Source: Rhabdochlamydiaceae bacterium (GTDB taxonomy: Bacteria; Chlamydiota; Chlamydiia; Chlamydiales; Rhabdochlamydiaceae). Taken from it: a stretch of DNA of 64,000 bases. The DNA is taken from positions 32,001 through 96,000 of the forward strand of contig JAJREF010000005.1 in the NCBI GenBank assembly GCA_047459655.1. The letters run 5' to 3'. Both the position numbers and the translations under genes were made by a program. How positions within the stretch are numbered: the stretch's first letter is position 1; every line of letters begins with the position of its first letter. Below, one piece after another: positions 22,560 through 34,855 of the stretch. The notes under the pieces were generated by a model that was not told where the DNA came from, did not search any database, and saw only the letters and a program-made list of their open reading frames with translations.

Positions 22560-22721
22560 GGAACCTCTGGACAAGTGCTTTGTCGGAGATTGCTGATCAA
22601 TTTTTCGAAGACGACGATTTTGGAGAACGCAGCTAACATGCAGAATGTTAGCGAGTTCGAAAAATCTAGTATTCGCAAAAATTGGCGGCAAGATTCGGCA
22701 AATGACTTGTCCAGAGGTTCC
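22560..22721. mobile_element. Palindromic MITE family B, copy 1, with TTAA TSD
   Basis: GGAACCTCTGGACAAGT ... ACTTGTCCAGAGGTTCC; central GCTAACAT-N5-ATGTTAGC. Confidence 0.9.
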
Positions 22722-22969
22722 TTAAGGCAGGTATTTGTAAAATAGTTCTCTCTTGGCTGACTGCTAGTGAAAGCTGTATTCTTCATATCGAGATCTGAGA
22801 AGTTGCAGCTCTGAAATGTACAGTTTGTAAAAGAGGCGCCATCAAATGATTTTTCTGAGAAATTTTCCGATTGGAACGTTTTTTGTTCTGTAGACTCTTT
22901 CATTATACCTGTTGCGCTGTTAATAAAAAATTTAATTCCAGGAACCGTGTAATTAAGAACTTGCCACCC

Positions 22970-24952
22970 TCACATCAATAAAAGTTCTTGGTACTGACGC
23001 ATGAGGTCGCGGAACCGTGCGGCATCTTCGAAACGGAATTCTTTAGCAGCGCGTTTCATTTCACTTTCATACTCTTCCACTTTTTGCATCGCTTCTTCAT
23101 GCGTAAGATGGGGAGGTACATCTTCTTTCTCTTCTTTCAGGGTATCGACCACTTCACCGAAGGTTGTAGCGAGATCTTCAGCTGCAAGGCGTTTAACGGT
23201 TTTAGGAGTGATGCCGTGTTTTGTGTTATACTCTTCTTGGACCACTCTACGAGCTCTTGTAATGCTGAGTGTTTGCTGGATTGACTTGGTAATCGTATCA
23301 GCATACATGACAACTCTGCCGTCTAAGTTACGGGCAGCTCTACCGCAGGTTTGAATGAGGGCTGTCTCGCTGCGTAAAAAACCTTCTTTATCAGCATCTA
23401 AAATAGCAACGAGTGCAACTTCAGGAATATCGAGACCTTCTCTAAGGAGATTAATACCTACTAAAACATCTACAACACCGAGGCGGAGGTTATTGATGAT
23501 CTGCACGCGCTCTAAAGTATCTATGTCAGAGTGGAGGTAGGTTGCTTTTACACCGATATCTTTGAGGTACTTAGTGAGATCTTCAGAGAGTTTTTTAGTG
23601 AGCGTTGTGACCAGCACGCGCTGTTTTTTCTGTATTGCTTGTTGAATTTCTTCCAGACAATCATCGACTTGATTCGTAGCGGGACGAATATCGATCACAG
23701 GATCTAACAGGCCCGTAGGTCTAATGATCTGCTTAACGACTTCTCCTTCTGCTTCTTGCACTTCCCAAGCACTTGGGGTCGCAGAGACATAGATCACTTG
23801 ATTGATATGTGTATAGAACTCTTCGAACTTAAGCGGACGGTTATCAAAGGCAGAAGGAAGCCTAAATCCAAATTCAATCAGGGCTGTTTTTCTGGCCCTA
23901 TCTCCATTGTACATCGCGTGTACTTGAGGGATCGTCTGGTGAGACTCATCCACAAATAAGAGAAAGTTCTTAGGAAAATAATCGATCAGGCAAGAGGGGG
24001 GATCTCCTGCTGATCTATCACTAAAGTGGCGCGAGTAATTTTCTATCCCCTTACAAAATCCAATTTCTTTGATCATCTCAAGATCGTATTTTGTTCTTTC
24101 CTGGATGCGCTGCAGTTCGATGAGCCTGTTTTCTTTTTCAAAGAGGGCTGCTCTCTCTTTAAGCTCTTCCTGAATCCTACGGATAGCATCAAAGCGCACC
24201 TCTTCAGGCGTCACATGGTGAGATCCTGGGAAAATGGAAATTTGCTCGAGCCGTTTTTTGACACCCCCGGTGAGGGGATCAATCGCGCTGATGCGATCAA
24301 TTTCATCTCCGAAAAATTCTATGCGGTAAGCAACCGACTCTTCGTACGCTGGCATCACTTCTAAAACATCGCCTCTCACTCTAAACGTGGTTCTAGCTAA
24401 TTCAAAATCATTGCGCTTGTAATGCATTTGAACAAGATGAAAGAGAACATCATCACGTCTTTTTTCCTCTCCTACCTTAATCGTAAGCTGCATTTTTCTG
24501 TAGTATTCAGGAATCCCCAATCCATAGATGCATGAAACAGAAGAGATAATAAGCACATCATCCCTTTCTATGAGAGAGCGCGTAGCAGAAAGACGCATCC
24601 GATCGATTTGTTCATTGATCGCCATGTCTTTTTCTATGTAGGTATCAGTTCTAGCAATATAGGCTTCCGGTTGGTAATAATCGTAGTAAGAAACAAAATA
24701 TTCAACCGCGTTGTCTGGGAAAAATGACTTGAACTCCTGATAGAGTTGCGCTGCCAGTGTCTTGTTGTGTGCTAAGATGAGGGTAGGTTTATTGACCTTA
24801 GCAATCACATTGGCCATGGTGAATGTCTTCCCAGAGCCCGTGACACCCAAAAGCACCTGAGCTTTCTTATCATGGAGAACGCCGCTGGCCAGCCGTTCAA
24901 TGGCCTCAGGTTGATCTCCTTTCGGGGTCATATCTGTATGCAGTTTAAACAT
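22970..24952 (-). CDS. uvrB: Excinuclease ABC subunit B
   Basis: [49 protein letters not shown]-terminal UVR domain. Confidence 0.98.
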   Translation of the reverse strand: MFKLHTDMTPKGDQPEAIERLASGVLHDKKAQVLLGVTGSGKTFTMANVIAKVNKPTLILAHNKTLAAQLYQEFKSFFPDNAVEYFVSYYDYYQPEAYIARTDTYIEKDMAINEQIDRMRLSATRSLIERDDVLIISSVSCIYGLGIPEYYRKMQLTIKVGEEKRRDDVLFHLVQMHYKRNDFELARTTFRVRGDVLEVMPAYEESVAYRIEFFGDEIDRISAIDPLTGGVKKRLEQISIFPGSHHVTPEEVRFDAIRRIQEELKERAALFEKENRLIELQRIQERTKYDLEMIKEIGFCKGIENYSRHFSDRSAGDPPSCLIDYFPKNFLLFVDESHQTIPQVHAMYNGDRARKTALIEFGFRLPSAFDNRPLKFEEFYTHINQVIYVSATPSAWEVQEAEGEVVKQIIRPTGLLDPVIDIRPATNQVDDCLEEIQQAIQKKQRVLVTTLTKKLSEDLTKYLKDIGVKATYLHSDIDTLERVQIINNLRLGVVDVLVGINLLREGLDIPEVALVAILDADKEGFLRSETALIQTCGRAARNLDGRVVMYADTITKSIQQTLSITRARRVVQEEYNTKHGITPKTVKRLAAEDLATTFGEVVDTLKEEKEDVPPHLTHEEAMQKVEEYESEMKRAAKEFRFEDAARFRDLMRQYQELLLM

Positions 24953-26153
24953 ATATCATGGTAGACAACTGGAAAAAGAAAATGAAAAGGGCAATAGCCA
25001 TCGTTATTATAAGTAGAGGTTTTCCTCCCTGAACACGGTAAGGGGATTGAGCATTTTTATAATACCTTCCTATCCAAACCATCATAACAGGAAGAACTCC
25101 AAAAAGAAGAACAGCACATATACCACCTGCAAAATTGAGCGCTCTGATAAAAAGATGGGGATAGATGAGGGCGCACAGAAAAGGGGGAACAAGAGTGAGC
25201 AAACAAATGAAAAAGTTTTCACACTGCTTTTTCTGAACTTTCAGAGCATCCGTTAGAAAGTGTACGAGTGATAAGGTCTGAGCCAGGAATGATGTAAGGA
25301 GTGCAAAAAAAGCAAGCCCCTCTGCAAATGTGCTGACCCAAGAAATACCCAAAACACCTGCTACCGCATCAGAAGCCTGCCTACCCGCCTTCCAACTTTC
25401 CATAAGACCCCACCTCCCATCTATTGGAACAATCCCCAGCACAATGACTTCCCAAATAAGATAGACAATAAGAGCAAAAAGACTACCTGAAAATAAAATA
25501 GACCTTACCCTTTTAAGATCCCCTTTCATGTAAGTTACTAACGTGGGAATCATATTATGGTAGCCAAATGAAACGATCAAGATGGGCAAGGAAAATAACA
25601 TGTATCCTGGATCTGCTCTTAAAAGCTTCTCTGGATGAATATATTTAAAGCCTAAAAATACAAGAGCTAAATATGTCCCAATTTTGCCAAACATGAACAC
25701 GCGGTTCCAATGGTCTACCATTTTTGTGCCTCGGTAAACAATCCACCCACAAAGGCCTACCAAGATCACAGACCCTACCCACGCAGGAATGCTCGTTGCA
25801 AATAAAAATCCAAAATATGTCGAGCCTAAACTCCCACTACCAGAAATATAGGCAACCAGAAGGGAGTAAAAAAGAAAAAGGTAAATAGTTCCACATAAAA
25901 CCTTCCCAAATTTTCCAATAGCCTGCTCTGCCATCGATGTAATATTAGCCCCCTCTTTGCACCACCCATTTGCTTCCAAAAGAAGTAGCGCGGTGACTTT
26001 CATAAAAGCCCAGGCTAAAATAAACATGAATAGAGAAGGGATGAACCCCGCGATGCCCGTTAAAATAGGCAGCGCTAACATGCCAGCTCCAATACAACTT
26101 CCCCCTACAAGAAGAAGACCTCCGATATAACTCCCTGGTTTTTCTACCGCCAT
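24945..26153 (-). CDS. tyrP: Aromatic amino acid permease (TyrP/Mtr family)
   Basis: [26 protein letters not shown], multiple TM helices. Confidence 0.8.
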   Translation of the reverse strand: MAVEKPGSYIGGLLLVGGSCIGAGMLALPILTGIAGFIPSLFMFILAWAFMKVTALLLLEANGWCKEGANITSMAEQAIGKFGKVLCGTIYLFLFYSLLVAYISGSGSLGSTYFGFLFATSIPAWVGSVILVGLCGWIVYRGTKMVDHWNRVFMFGKIGTYLALVFLGFKYIHPEKLLRADPGYMLFSLPILIVSFGYHNMIPTLVTYMKGDLKRVRSILFSGSLFALIVYLIWEVIVLGIVPIDGRWGLMESWKAGRQASDAVAGVLGISWVSTFAEGLAFFALLTSFLAQTLSLVHFLTDALKVQKKQCENFFICLLTLVPPFLCALIYPHLFIRALNFAGGICAVLLFGVLPVMMVWIGRYYKNAQSPYRVQGGKPLLIITMAIALFIFFFQLSTMIYV

Positions 26154-27792
26154 TATATCATCTCTACATGCTGAACTTTCGCAGCCTTTCTTTTTTCTTG
26201 CTCTAAACGACCCAACTTACACCCTTCAAAATTCACAAATTTAAAAAATCGCTTAAATTCAGGAATCACTTCAGAAACCTGTCTTGCTAATTCTTGGGCA
26301 ATGTGTCTGTACCCTGAATGCCCTTGTGGAGAAGATCTAAGCTCACACAGCCACTGAAGCGACCTTAAATTCACGTGGAAATACCAATGAATATTATATG
26401 CCATAGGAACAACATACTGAGCCTCTTCAGGAAGCTCTCTTGCAATAATATCATATGCTTTTTTTGTCTCATCCATCGCACGAACATATTCTTCTTCCAG
26501 GGGAGTTCCCACTATTTCTTCAGGAATATAATATCCAAAATCGCAGGTAAGAAACTGCCTTTCTTGCGTGAGCATTCGGTGGCGTTGAAGGTCTCGATAG
26601 ACGCCAAAATCAGACAAAATATCAAACGTAAATGTTGCGTGCTCAAGAGCTCTTGGAGATTTATGTCTTCGATTTTCACGATGATTACACCCTCCATCTA
26701 AAATAGCCTCCAATTCCTCTTTGGGAAGTCTTCGACAATACTCTTGCAATTCTAGCAAGCTGACATTGCTATGATCAAATAGAAGCGCGGCAGCTACCTG
26801 ATAAAGACTGTCTGGATCGTAAGATGTTAACTGAACACCGGGAGTTTTCATTTTTTCGAGAAAAATAGAGTGTTTTTCGCTAAGAGCCTTAAGGTCGGCT
26901 TCTGTTTCCTCTTTAAACAAACTGAAACTTTTTTGGTGCCTGTGGCTAACGTCTACACGTGTTACAAAAGAAGGAATTTCCTGAGAAAGCTCATGGTGTA
27001 TTTTTTTTCCTAACTTTTGAAGTTCAGAGAAATTATGGCAATGCAATTTCTGAATCAATCCTTCAAAAAATCTCCCGTTTCCGTACATCCCCATATTCGT
27101 CAATGTGCTAGCAGGAAGTAGCCCTCTTAAACAGTCGAGGACTTTACACCGGAGAGAGGCTGTATAAGGTCCTACTGCCTCATTCTCTCCTCTAGGAATT
27201 TGTTTTTCCATGATTGTTGTGAGAGGAGGAATCAGCCTTGAATAGGTTTCAAAAAGAGCATTACAAGCATCTAAATAATAGTGTCGATAAGCCGATGTCA
27301 TGATGACTTGCTCTCTATAGAAAAGATATTCCCCTTGATATTTTTGATCAAAATAAACATACCGCGTTGATTTCTCAAGAGGGGACCCTCCAATTCTACA
27401 ATCTTCCACCACCTTTGCAGCTAACATCGAAATGTTTTCCAAAGCAAGGTGAGCCCCCCCTAGTTCTCCAATTGAATCATCACCATATCCATCCAAGATA
27501 TTATCGTAAAATCGCTGAGCCTTTTTGATTGCTTGGCTTTGCTCGTCAATTTTTTCTTCATCTGTCCGACACACACCTGTAATCGCAGAAAAAGCGGAGT
27601 CTTCTTGTGATATAAATTCTTTCAATAAAAGAGAACGAAGCCCTAAAACAGATCTGGAATATTTAGAAAAAGAGCACCTTTAATTACCTCTGGCAAATTG
27701 CGCAATACAAAAACGTTACTTGTTGTACTCGTCACATAGCGTTTTAAAATTTTAATCTGGGCCTCTGAAAACTCCTCGTAATTCTCATCCAT
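26153..27792 (-). CDS. thyX: FAD-dependent thymidylate synthase, long chlamydial type (frameshift near 27660)
   Basis: MDENYEEFS...LPEVIKGALF; YGDDSIGEL, EKSTRY, RDLQRHR, ELRSSPQGH..YR. Confidence 0.9.
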
Positions 27793-27864
27793 AAAAAAAA
27801 TCCTCATTAGTGCCTTCAGGGTCTCACATCCCACCCTCTTCAATCAAGAAAAAAAACAATAGCC

Positions 27865-30020
27865 CTAATGCTTTCTTTCTAGGCGCAGTATTGGGTAGAG
27901 TTGCTTGCCTGTATCTGCAACAGCCCCAACATCGCGCAGCCATGCAGACATTGCATACCCAACTTGGTTGCGGCTACTTTTCTTAAGAAAAAAATCTAAG
28001 GGGATCACAAAAGAAAAACCTTTGTCATAGTAAATACGTCCATTGATTTTATCATGCCCGTTCGTAACTGTGCACCATAGAGAACTTCTAAAGCCACTAG
28101 GGAACCAGCGTGTAACCTCAAAACGAGCCCCTCTATCCTTTGCTAGAAATTGTCCCGCCATGATCTTGATATCTAAATCAAGGGGCTTAAACGTATAGTA
28201 AAGATCTAAAAAATACTGCACGCCTATAAAATGTTCATAGTGAGGAACCCTTCCATCCAACTTTCTTACTTTGTTTGTAAATCCCAGCCCATGGTAGCGT
28301 CTTTTAAATACAGTTGCCTCTTCCACCCCAATTGCCCAATTCGCTTGCACAGGACAGTATAAAAACTCTAAAGCCTCTCCACCATAGGCAGGCTCAAAAT
28401 ATCCACCTGCAGCTCTGGCAAACCATCCTTTCCCTAGGTTCCAGCTTTTTTGCAAGTAGGCCATTTCTAAAGCAACCGTATTGGTTTGATAATAGGAAAG
28501 AGAATCTGTGCGCACATTAAGGAGCTGAGACGGATTGATCCGGTCAATCGTACTTGCATGCGCAATACTCGACTTTACATCGTATGCAACCTGCGCTTGG
28601 TAGTAGACTTGATCTCCAAAATACCCCTCAGGCGTCAAAACCAACGCTAAGTTATACTTAATTTTTCCTGTAGAGCTTCCAAAAAAGTTAATCATCCGCG
28701 GTTTTAGAGAAATATCCCAAATCGCTTTTTTACGTCGAAAGAGCTGCTCTTCATGAGAAGGAGCAAAAATCACCTCTCTCATTGGAGAAAGCGTTTTCAT
28801 CTCGAAGGCGCCTATAAGCCTTTGACGGTACCGATAGAGATCTTCTGTGCGAAAAAAGTAACTGTGGCAAAGAAGGCCCGTTGCTTCCACAGTGACTACA
28901 ACATCTTTGATATCTGATGGCACAAGAGCTGAAAGAACTCTTTCTATTCTTTCTCTTAGCTCAGGTTCTTCTCTGTACGCATTATTGATAATTTTGATCC
29001 AAAGACTTTTCTCTTTGGTGAGATAAACGCTATAGAGATCGAGGCCTTGTCGTTCAAAAGTATAGGCTAGATCCTGCGCAAACACATACTTCGGGCGTAC
29101 AACACCAAGAGGCTCTGTATCCACAGGAGATTTATAAAGATGGGGATCGTCAACTTTTGCAAAAAAACCCTTGCTTGACCCAAAAGGATAGCGGAGCGAT
29201 CCCGAAGCGCCGAGATGACTTCCTCTTAAGTAATAGCCACTGACCTGGAGAGAGTCTCCCAGTAGGTAAGTAATCCCCCCATTGATCCGATGTTTTACAT
29301 CTCTTCCCTCTGGATGCTCTCCAATATTATTTTTGTAATCAACCCCGTCGTATTCTGCAACAACAGAAAGGTCTTTAATAAAAGGCACCCCTGTACGTCT
29401 AAAAGGAGTCCAAGCAAATCCCCCAAAAAGTCCCTTGAACCTCTTTCTTCCCCATCCAAGCGTAACTTCTAAGTTAGCCTCTACCCATTTTTGAGTGATT
29501 ACTGCGTACTCCGCGTTGAATCTCTTAGTTCCTATAAAATCATCCAGTCCTATTGCAAAAATAGGAAACATGGGAAATCCATCCCCCGGAAGGTTAAAAG
29601 CTAGTTTGACATTCCCTGTGCGCTCTGCGTCATCTCCAAAACCTTCAGAGCCAAATGTTGGCTCTAATATACCCTTGTAAACACGGTATGTCCCAGAAAG
29701 CTCAACGTGTTCAAAGAATTGAAAATTTAAACCGTAGACATTGTAGGGATGTACTCTTGCAGCCCCAATGCCGATTTCCCCTTCTTGCGCCATCCGCGCA
29801 GAAGGCATATTCCAATATCCCCCGACCATCGAGAAGTTGTAGAAAAAGGAAGATCATCCTTAAGCTGCTTGTCAATTTCCGACACGATTGCTAGATCGCG
29901 GAAAAGATTTGCCCCTTCGTCTGCATGCGAAATAGAAGAAGCAAAACAAAAGCAGCAAATTTGTGCAAAAAAACATAATCGATAGCGCGCACAAACCTTG
30001 TTTTGAAAAGCAATCATCAC
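27865..30020 (-). CDS. YjbH-like outer-membrane protein (frameshift near 29845)
   Basis: GGYWNMPSARM, GLDDFIGTKRF, GWG, GQFLAKDRGAR; N-terminal part lies in ORF 29727..30020. Confidence 0.75.
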
Positions 30021-30110
30021 AGCCTTAGATCAGGCAATTGTACAGAGGCTCTCAAATTTTTTTCTATTTAAAAACTCACCCCAGAATTACATATTGAGAC
30101 CATTGAATAA

Positions 30111-30272
30111 GGAGCCTCTGGACAAGTGCTTTTTCGGATATTGCTGATCAATTTTTTGAAGACGACGATTTTGGGAAGCGCATCTAACATGCAGAATGTT
30201 AGCAAGTTCGAAAAATATAATATTCGCAAAAATTGGCAGCAAGATTCGGCAAATGACTTGTCCAGAGTTTTC
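30111..30272. mobile_element. Palindromic MITE family B, copy 2, with ATAA TSD
   Basis: Near-identical to 22560..22721; ATAA at 30107-30110 and 30273-30276. Confidence 0.9.
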
Positions 30273-30303
30273 ATAAGTGATCATGTTTGTAAAAATGCAC
30301 ATT

Positions 30304-30423
30304 AGACCTCTTCGATTTTCGCTTGCCCCCTATGGAACGTCCCGCATATGTGGGCTCGCTCAATTCAAAATCTTATCAAAATGTCCTACTTTTTCAAAAC
30401 ACGCTGACTTAGTGCAACGGTCT
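30304..30423. repeat. Degenerate AGACC...GGTCT-ended palindromic element
   Basis: TAGACCTCTT at the left end, CAACGGTCT at the right end, internal hairpin CCCGCA-TA-TGTGGG. Confidence 0.45.
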
Positions 30424-30515
30424 TATATTAATCCAACTTATCCCCTTCATTTAAAATTAAACTATACACAATTTCAATGAACTTGGTATGATTTCGATCT
30501 CAACAGGAGTCTCTT

Positions 30516-33500
30516 ATGGCAACCCCACTTGATTTAGGCCAATTTTATCCTCGTGCTGAAGTTCATGAATTACTCTCTTCTTGTGGATCAGCTTGGTTAC
30601 ATAGCGAAGATCCCTTCCTACTACAAAAAATTATACAAGAGAATACCGCTGGTTATGCAAAAGTTTTTTGGCTTCAAGCAGGGGAAACTGGAGGAAAACT
30701 CATTCAGGCCTGCAATGAAATGGGGGTTACAATAGAGCCCTCTTGGCAGCAAACACCCCCCCGGAACTATTTGGAAACTTTGATTAGCCGTGTACAAAGC
30801 ATAAAAGATAGATGTTTATTCGTAATATCAGACTTTAAACCACAACATTTTTCTACCTTAAAAAAACTCACAGAAATCGTGGCCGAAAATAGACATATGA
30901 TGATCACATCCAGAAAAAGATTTCACGAGAAATCCAGCTATTGCCACTTACCCAGCAATCCTACTACTGATAAGATTGAAGCCTTAACACTTTCTGATTT
31001 TGAAATTCTTTCAGGGCTCAATAAAGAAGGAAGGCTAGATGATTGGAGAAAAAGTGGCCTTTCTCTTTTTAGCTTTTTATGTACCGTTTACCCTTATTTA
31101 TATCTAGTGAATGGATCCACAATACCTTGCGATTTTGCAACCACTCATTTAAAACTGGATTTAGAAACTCTTAAATGTTACGGCATCATCAAAAGAATAT
31201 CAGACGGTAGTGTTGAATTCTACTCTATAGGAAACCCAGATCCCAAATCTATTCAAGAGATAGCTCGTCTAGTTATTCCCATATTAAGAGAAATTACCTC
31301 AAGCCGCTTAAAGCCACAAGATCAGTGGACAATTTATTTTGCTCAGAAACTATATGAGCATTTGCCCGATGATTTTTTTCAATCACATCAAGAACTTACC
31401 CCTTTATTTTCTTCTCTTTTGCTGCAAATGGGCCATTTTTGTACACAAATAGGGAACCTATCCCTTGCTCGAGAACTAACAATCCAAGCTCGCGCGGTGA
31501 TTGAAACGAGTTTTAAACTCAAAGAAAGGGTAAAAAAAGCAAGAAGGACCGAGTTGTAGAGGATTTTGAAAAACTATATGAATCAGGTCCAAAAGGGGCT
31601 TTTCTTGTTTACCTCTACGCGCAAATTCAATATCAAGCAGGCAGACTCTCTTTCTACTCAAAAGAGCCCGATGAAAAATTGGGATCTAAGGGTTTACTTC
31701 AGTACGCAGAAGCATTGATGAATCAACTAGAAGAAAAAGAGAGTAAAAAATTTCTACTTACTTGCTTGATTGCACGTAATGGTCTTTTTTTCCATCTGAT
31801 GGAAGAAGGGAAATATAAAGAAGCAATTGTGGGTTATAGAGAGCTTTTGAAAATCGATTCAGCAGTGGAGGCTGATTTCTACAAAGAAACATGGATTCCA
31901 ATGGAGCTCGACAAAGACCCTCTATTTCAAATAAATTGCTTACGCTACATCATCACAAGTTCAGCCAAAGTTGGCGCAGTTCAACCAGCAGATATTGCAA
32001 AACTCAAAGAACACTTAAAAAATATTACACCTCAAGAAGGAATGAGCGCCTCAATTGCCTTATTAGAAGGATATATCGAAGAAAAAAACATTGAAGCAAG
32101 CGAAGCCGAGCTTAGTTCACTAAACACACAAAATATTCCTCCACACTACCGCCTTTCTTTTTTGCACGCTCAGTTGAAATTTTTTGTTCTAAAAGGTGAT
32201 GTTGAAGCTATTCGTGCAATTGCCCTAAAATATCGTCAAGAAGCTTCTCAACATTATTCGAAGGGAGCTCCAGAAGTTTGTACATTTTTGCTATATGAAA
32301 AACTAGCTGATGCCACCGAGCTAGGCAATATAGGCCCCTTTCCATTTGAAGATGTAGAAACAAAGATTCAGGCTCTTTTAAGTACCGTCCCAACACATTA
32401 CATCTATGAAGATCCAATATTAACAATAACAGTAGGTAAAAAAAGCAAATCTTCTTCTGTTCCATGGCAAACAGAACAAACAATTAGACTCCCTTTGGGT
32501 GAGCTGCATGATTTTTTAAGTTTTGTACCTCCTCCTACCGTTGCAGTAGCAGAAGTGCAAGAAGAAATGGATGGTGATAAAACAAAGTTAATAGCTGGAT
32601 CCTGTCAACTCACTCTTGCTTCTAGAATGGTTAAAAAAATTAAAAGTGATGGCAATTGGGATCCACTCAAAGATGCTTTAAAAAGAGGCCCAGATAGCTT
32701 CGCAACCAGTCCTTTTGGAGTCACTGCTGGATACCGACTCTCTTTAGATCATTCAAATGATGATGATAACACTTTCAGTGATAGTTCAATCTGTTCCGCT
32801 TTTGCTAAAGAACTAGGGGGCGATAAGGATTCTGGAGCAAGAGCTTCTGAAGTAACATTCAATGATTGGCGCCAATTTGCGCAATTATGCGTCAGACAAT
32901 TTTCCACAACCTCAATAAACACGGAAGATGTCGACAAAAGGATTGAAAAACTATGTGAAGAGATTCAAGAACTCCAAAGGGAAAAGCAAGCTTTGCAAGA
33001 AAAATATCCCTTTGATCCTACAGAAGTTAAGAAGATGCTTCATGAGACTGCTAGTGCTATACTCACTCTACCCATTGTTCAAGGAGCAAAACCTCTGATT
33101 TCTCCTAAAAAGGAGGATTGGAAAACAACCGCTCAGAAAATTCACTTCCAATCGCCTAGCACCTTCACTTACCATGTATTTAAACATTCAAAAGGTAGTT
33201 TTTTTGGCCCTATGGGCTTTAACATAAAAGAATTCGATAGGAGCTGTCATTCTTACCTTGAGACTGCTCGCCGTATTGTGCAGGTTCCTGATATCACTTC
33301 AGAAATACCCGATCAACACAATGATAGAGCAACAAATTATCGGTACTACACAATTGGAAAATCCATAGATCGTTTATGGCAAGCCCAACAAGCGTGGTTT
33401 GACGCAAAAGAAAGATCAGATCGATTAGAAGCATGGAAAGATAACCTTTCTTATCAACCAAAAAAAGATGGTAATGATTGCCAGCCATTCTTAGCACGAT

Positions 33501-33700
33501 GTGCAGAAGAAGCAAGGATTTTAAAAGAAAAAGCTGCCGATCTAGCCACTTTGGAAGGAAGGCTTGCAAATGCACCAGCAGATACTGTAATTGTTACCTC
33601 TATAGAACAAGATGACGGGACTTGTGCAGTTTTCTTCAGGACAATGATCCATGGAAGAAAACTCAACCTAGAAGTAGCCGATATGAATCTCGTTGTCTAA
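30516..33700 (+). CDS. Large hypothetical protein: degenerate NB-ARC-like N-terminus, helical/TPR-like middle, unknown C-terminus (split into 30516..31559 and 31679..33700)
   Basis: KVFWL, CLFVISD, HMMITSR resemble STAND NTPase motifs; no clear Walker A. Confidence 0.5.
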
Positions 33701-33778
33701 TACCCCCCAAGTTAGATATACCGCATTAATTGCAAATGGGGAAGGTATTAGGTTAATACAAGATGCGGTATAAGCTAA

Positions 33779-33941
33779 CGAGCCTATGGACAAGTGCTTT
33801 TTTCACATATTGCCGATCAATTTTTCGAAGACAACGATTTTGGAGGACGCAGCTAACATGCAGAATGTTAGCAAGTTCGAAAAATCTAGTATTCGCAAAA
33901 ATTGGCAGCAAGATTCGGCAAATGACTTGTCCAGAGGTTCC
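33779..33941. mobile_element. Palindromic MITE family B, copy 3, with CTAA TSD; followed by the left-end remnant of another copy (33946-33970)
   Basis: Near-identical to copies 1 and 2; CTAA at 33775-33778 and 33942-33945. Confidence 0.9.
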
Positions 33942-33983
33942 CTAAGGAGCCTATCGACGAGCACTTTGTCACAACGTCTAATC

Positions 33984-34845
33984 TTAGCCTTCTCTCAGAT
34001 ACTTCACCCCAATTGCCACACAACCTTGTGTACGTACACGATCTGAACCCGGAAAACCTTCATATGTTCTAATAGCTGCGCTCATTAAAGCTTCACCTTC
34101 CAGGTCTCGTCTATTTTTTAGTTGAGGCAAGAGGTTGTAAACTCCCTCTTTATCTACCATTTCTCTGAAAGAGTTATATCTATGCAAAAATACAATCTGG
34201 CAAATGATGCCTTCATTCCGATTATGAAGACGCAACTCATCTCCCACCTTATACCTTGTAAACTGACCCAAGTATATTCGACACTCGGCAGTCTTAACTC
34301 CATCCCTTATATATCTAATGTAGGGAGCTTCAGGGCGACTTTGAATGGTTAAGGCATGGCGTTGAACAGAACCACCCCTTCCACCCATTTCTGCAGAGCT
34401 ATGAGAAGGTGCTGGTTCTTCTCTTCTCACTCTTTTGGTTGCCCACCATCTGGACCATCAGGGCCTCTTTTTCTGCTACCTTCTTGATATGATGAAGCAC
34501 CTCCATAACGAGGATCAGGAGTTCCAAGATGAGTTTCCGTGCTTGATCTTGGAGTAGAACCACTTCCTGTATTTCTTATTGGCTCTCTATCATATTCATG
34601 GCGAGCTCTTTTTGCCTCTCTATCATCATGATAATCAAGTTTTCTTTTCTCTCAGTTTGACCAGGAGAATCTATACTAAAAAGAGACCCTAACCGATCTT
34701 GTAATGAACGGGGAGGGGGTGGCGGTGGAGGTAAAAGAGCGGCAGCCTGTGCCTGAACTTTTTTGTCAGTATCACTATTTTCTGTCCCCAAAGGAGCCTG
34801 AAAACTATCTGTAGGCGGCTTAGTAGGGTCTGTTTTTGTTACCAT
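33984..34845 (-). CDS. ASCH (PUA-like) domain protein, probably joined by frameshifts to the low-complexity ORF 34576..34845
   Basis: IRDGVKTAECR..YKVGDEL..YNSFREM..GCVAIGV in 33984..34430. Confidence 0.65.
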
Positions 34846-34855
34846 AAAATCTCCT

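Larger units (their letters stand above)
22201..22903 (-). pseudogene. Pentapeptide-repeat protein gene interrupted by two MITEs
   Basis: Removing both elements plus one TSD each gives ...FTNTCLKNADFSQVDFSGTTFHNCDLCKADFSTARHYAIDPATNKLVKAKFSFPEVVGLLKGLDITIV*. Confidence 0.85.

Noticed and set aside
22118..22691. ORFs 22118..22378 and 22434..22691, and similar ones at 20604..20975, 30068..30302, 33763..34046 and 62987..63178, as genes
   Set aside because: They are read-throughs of palindromic elements, not independent genes.
22988..24364. Short antisense ORFs over uvrB and other long genes
   Set aside because: They are shadow ORFs without motifs that overlap well-supported genes.
4476..27792. 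Widespread pseudogenisation or programmed frameshifting (topA, thyX, wzm, acs and others)
   Set aside because: The breaks are single-base, mostly at homopolymers, and hit essential genes whose motifs are otherwise intact. Sequencing or assembly indels are the simpler explanation; read polishing would decide.
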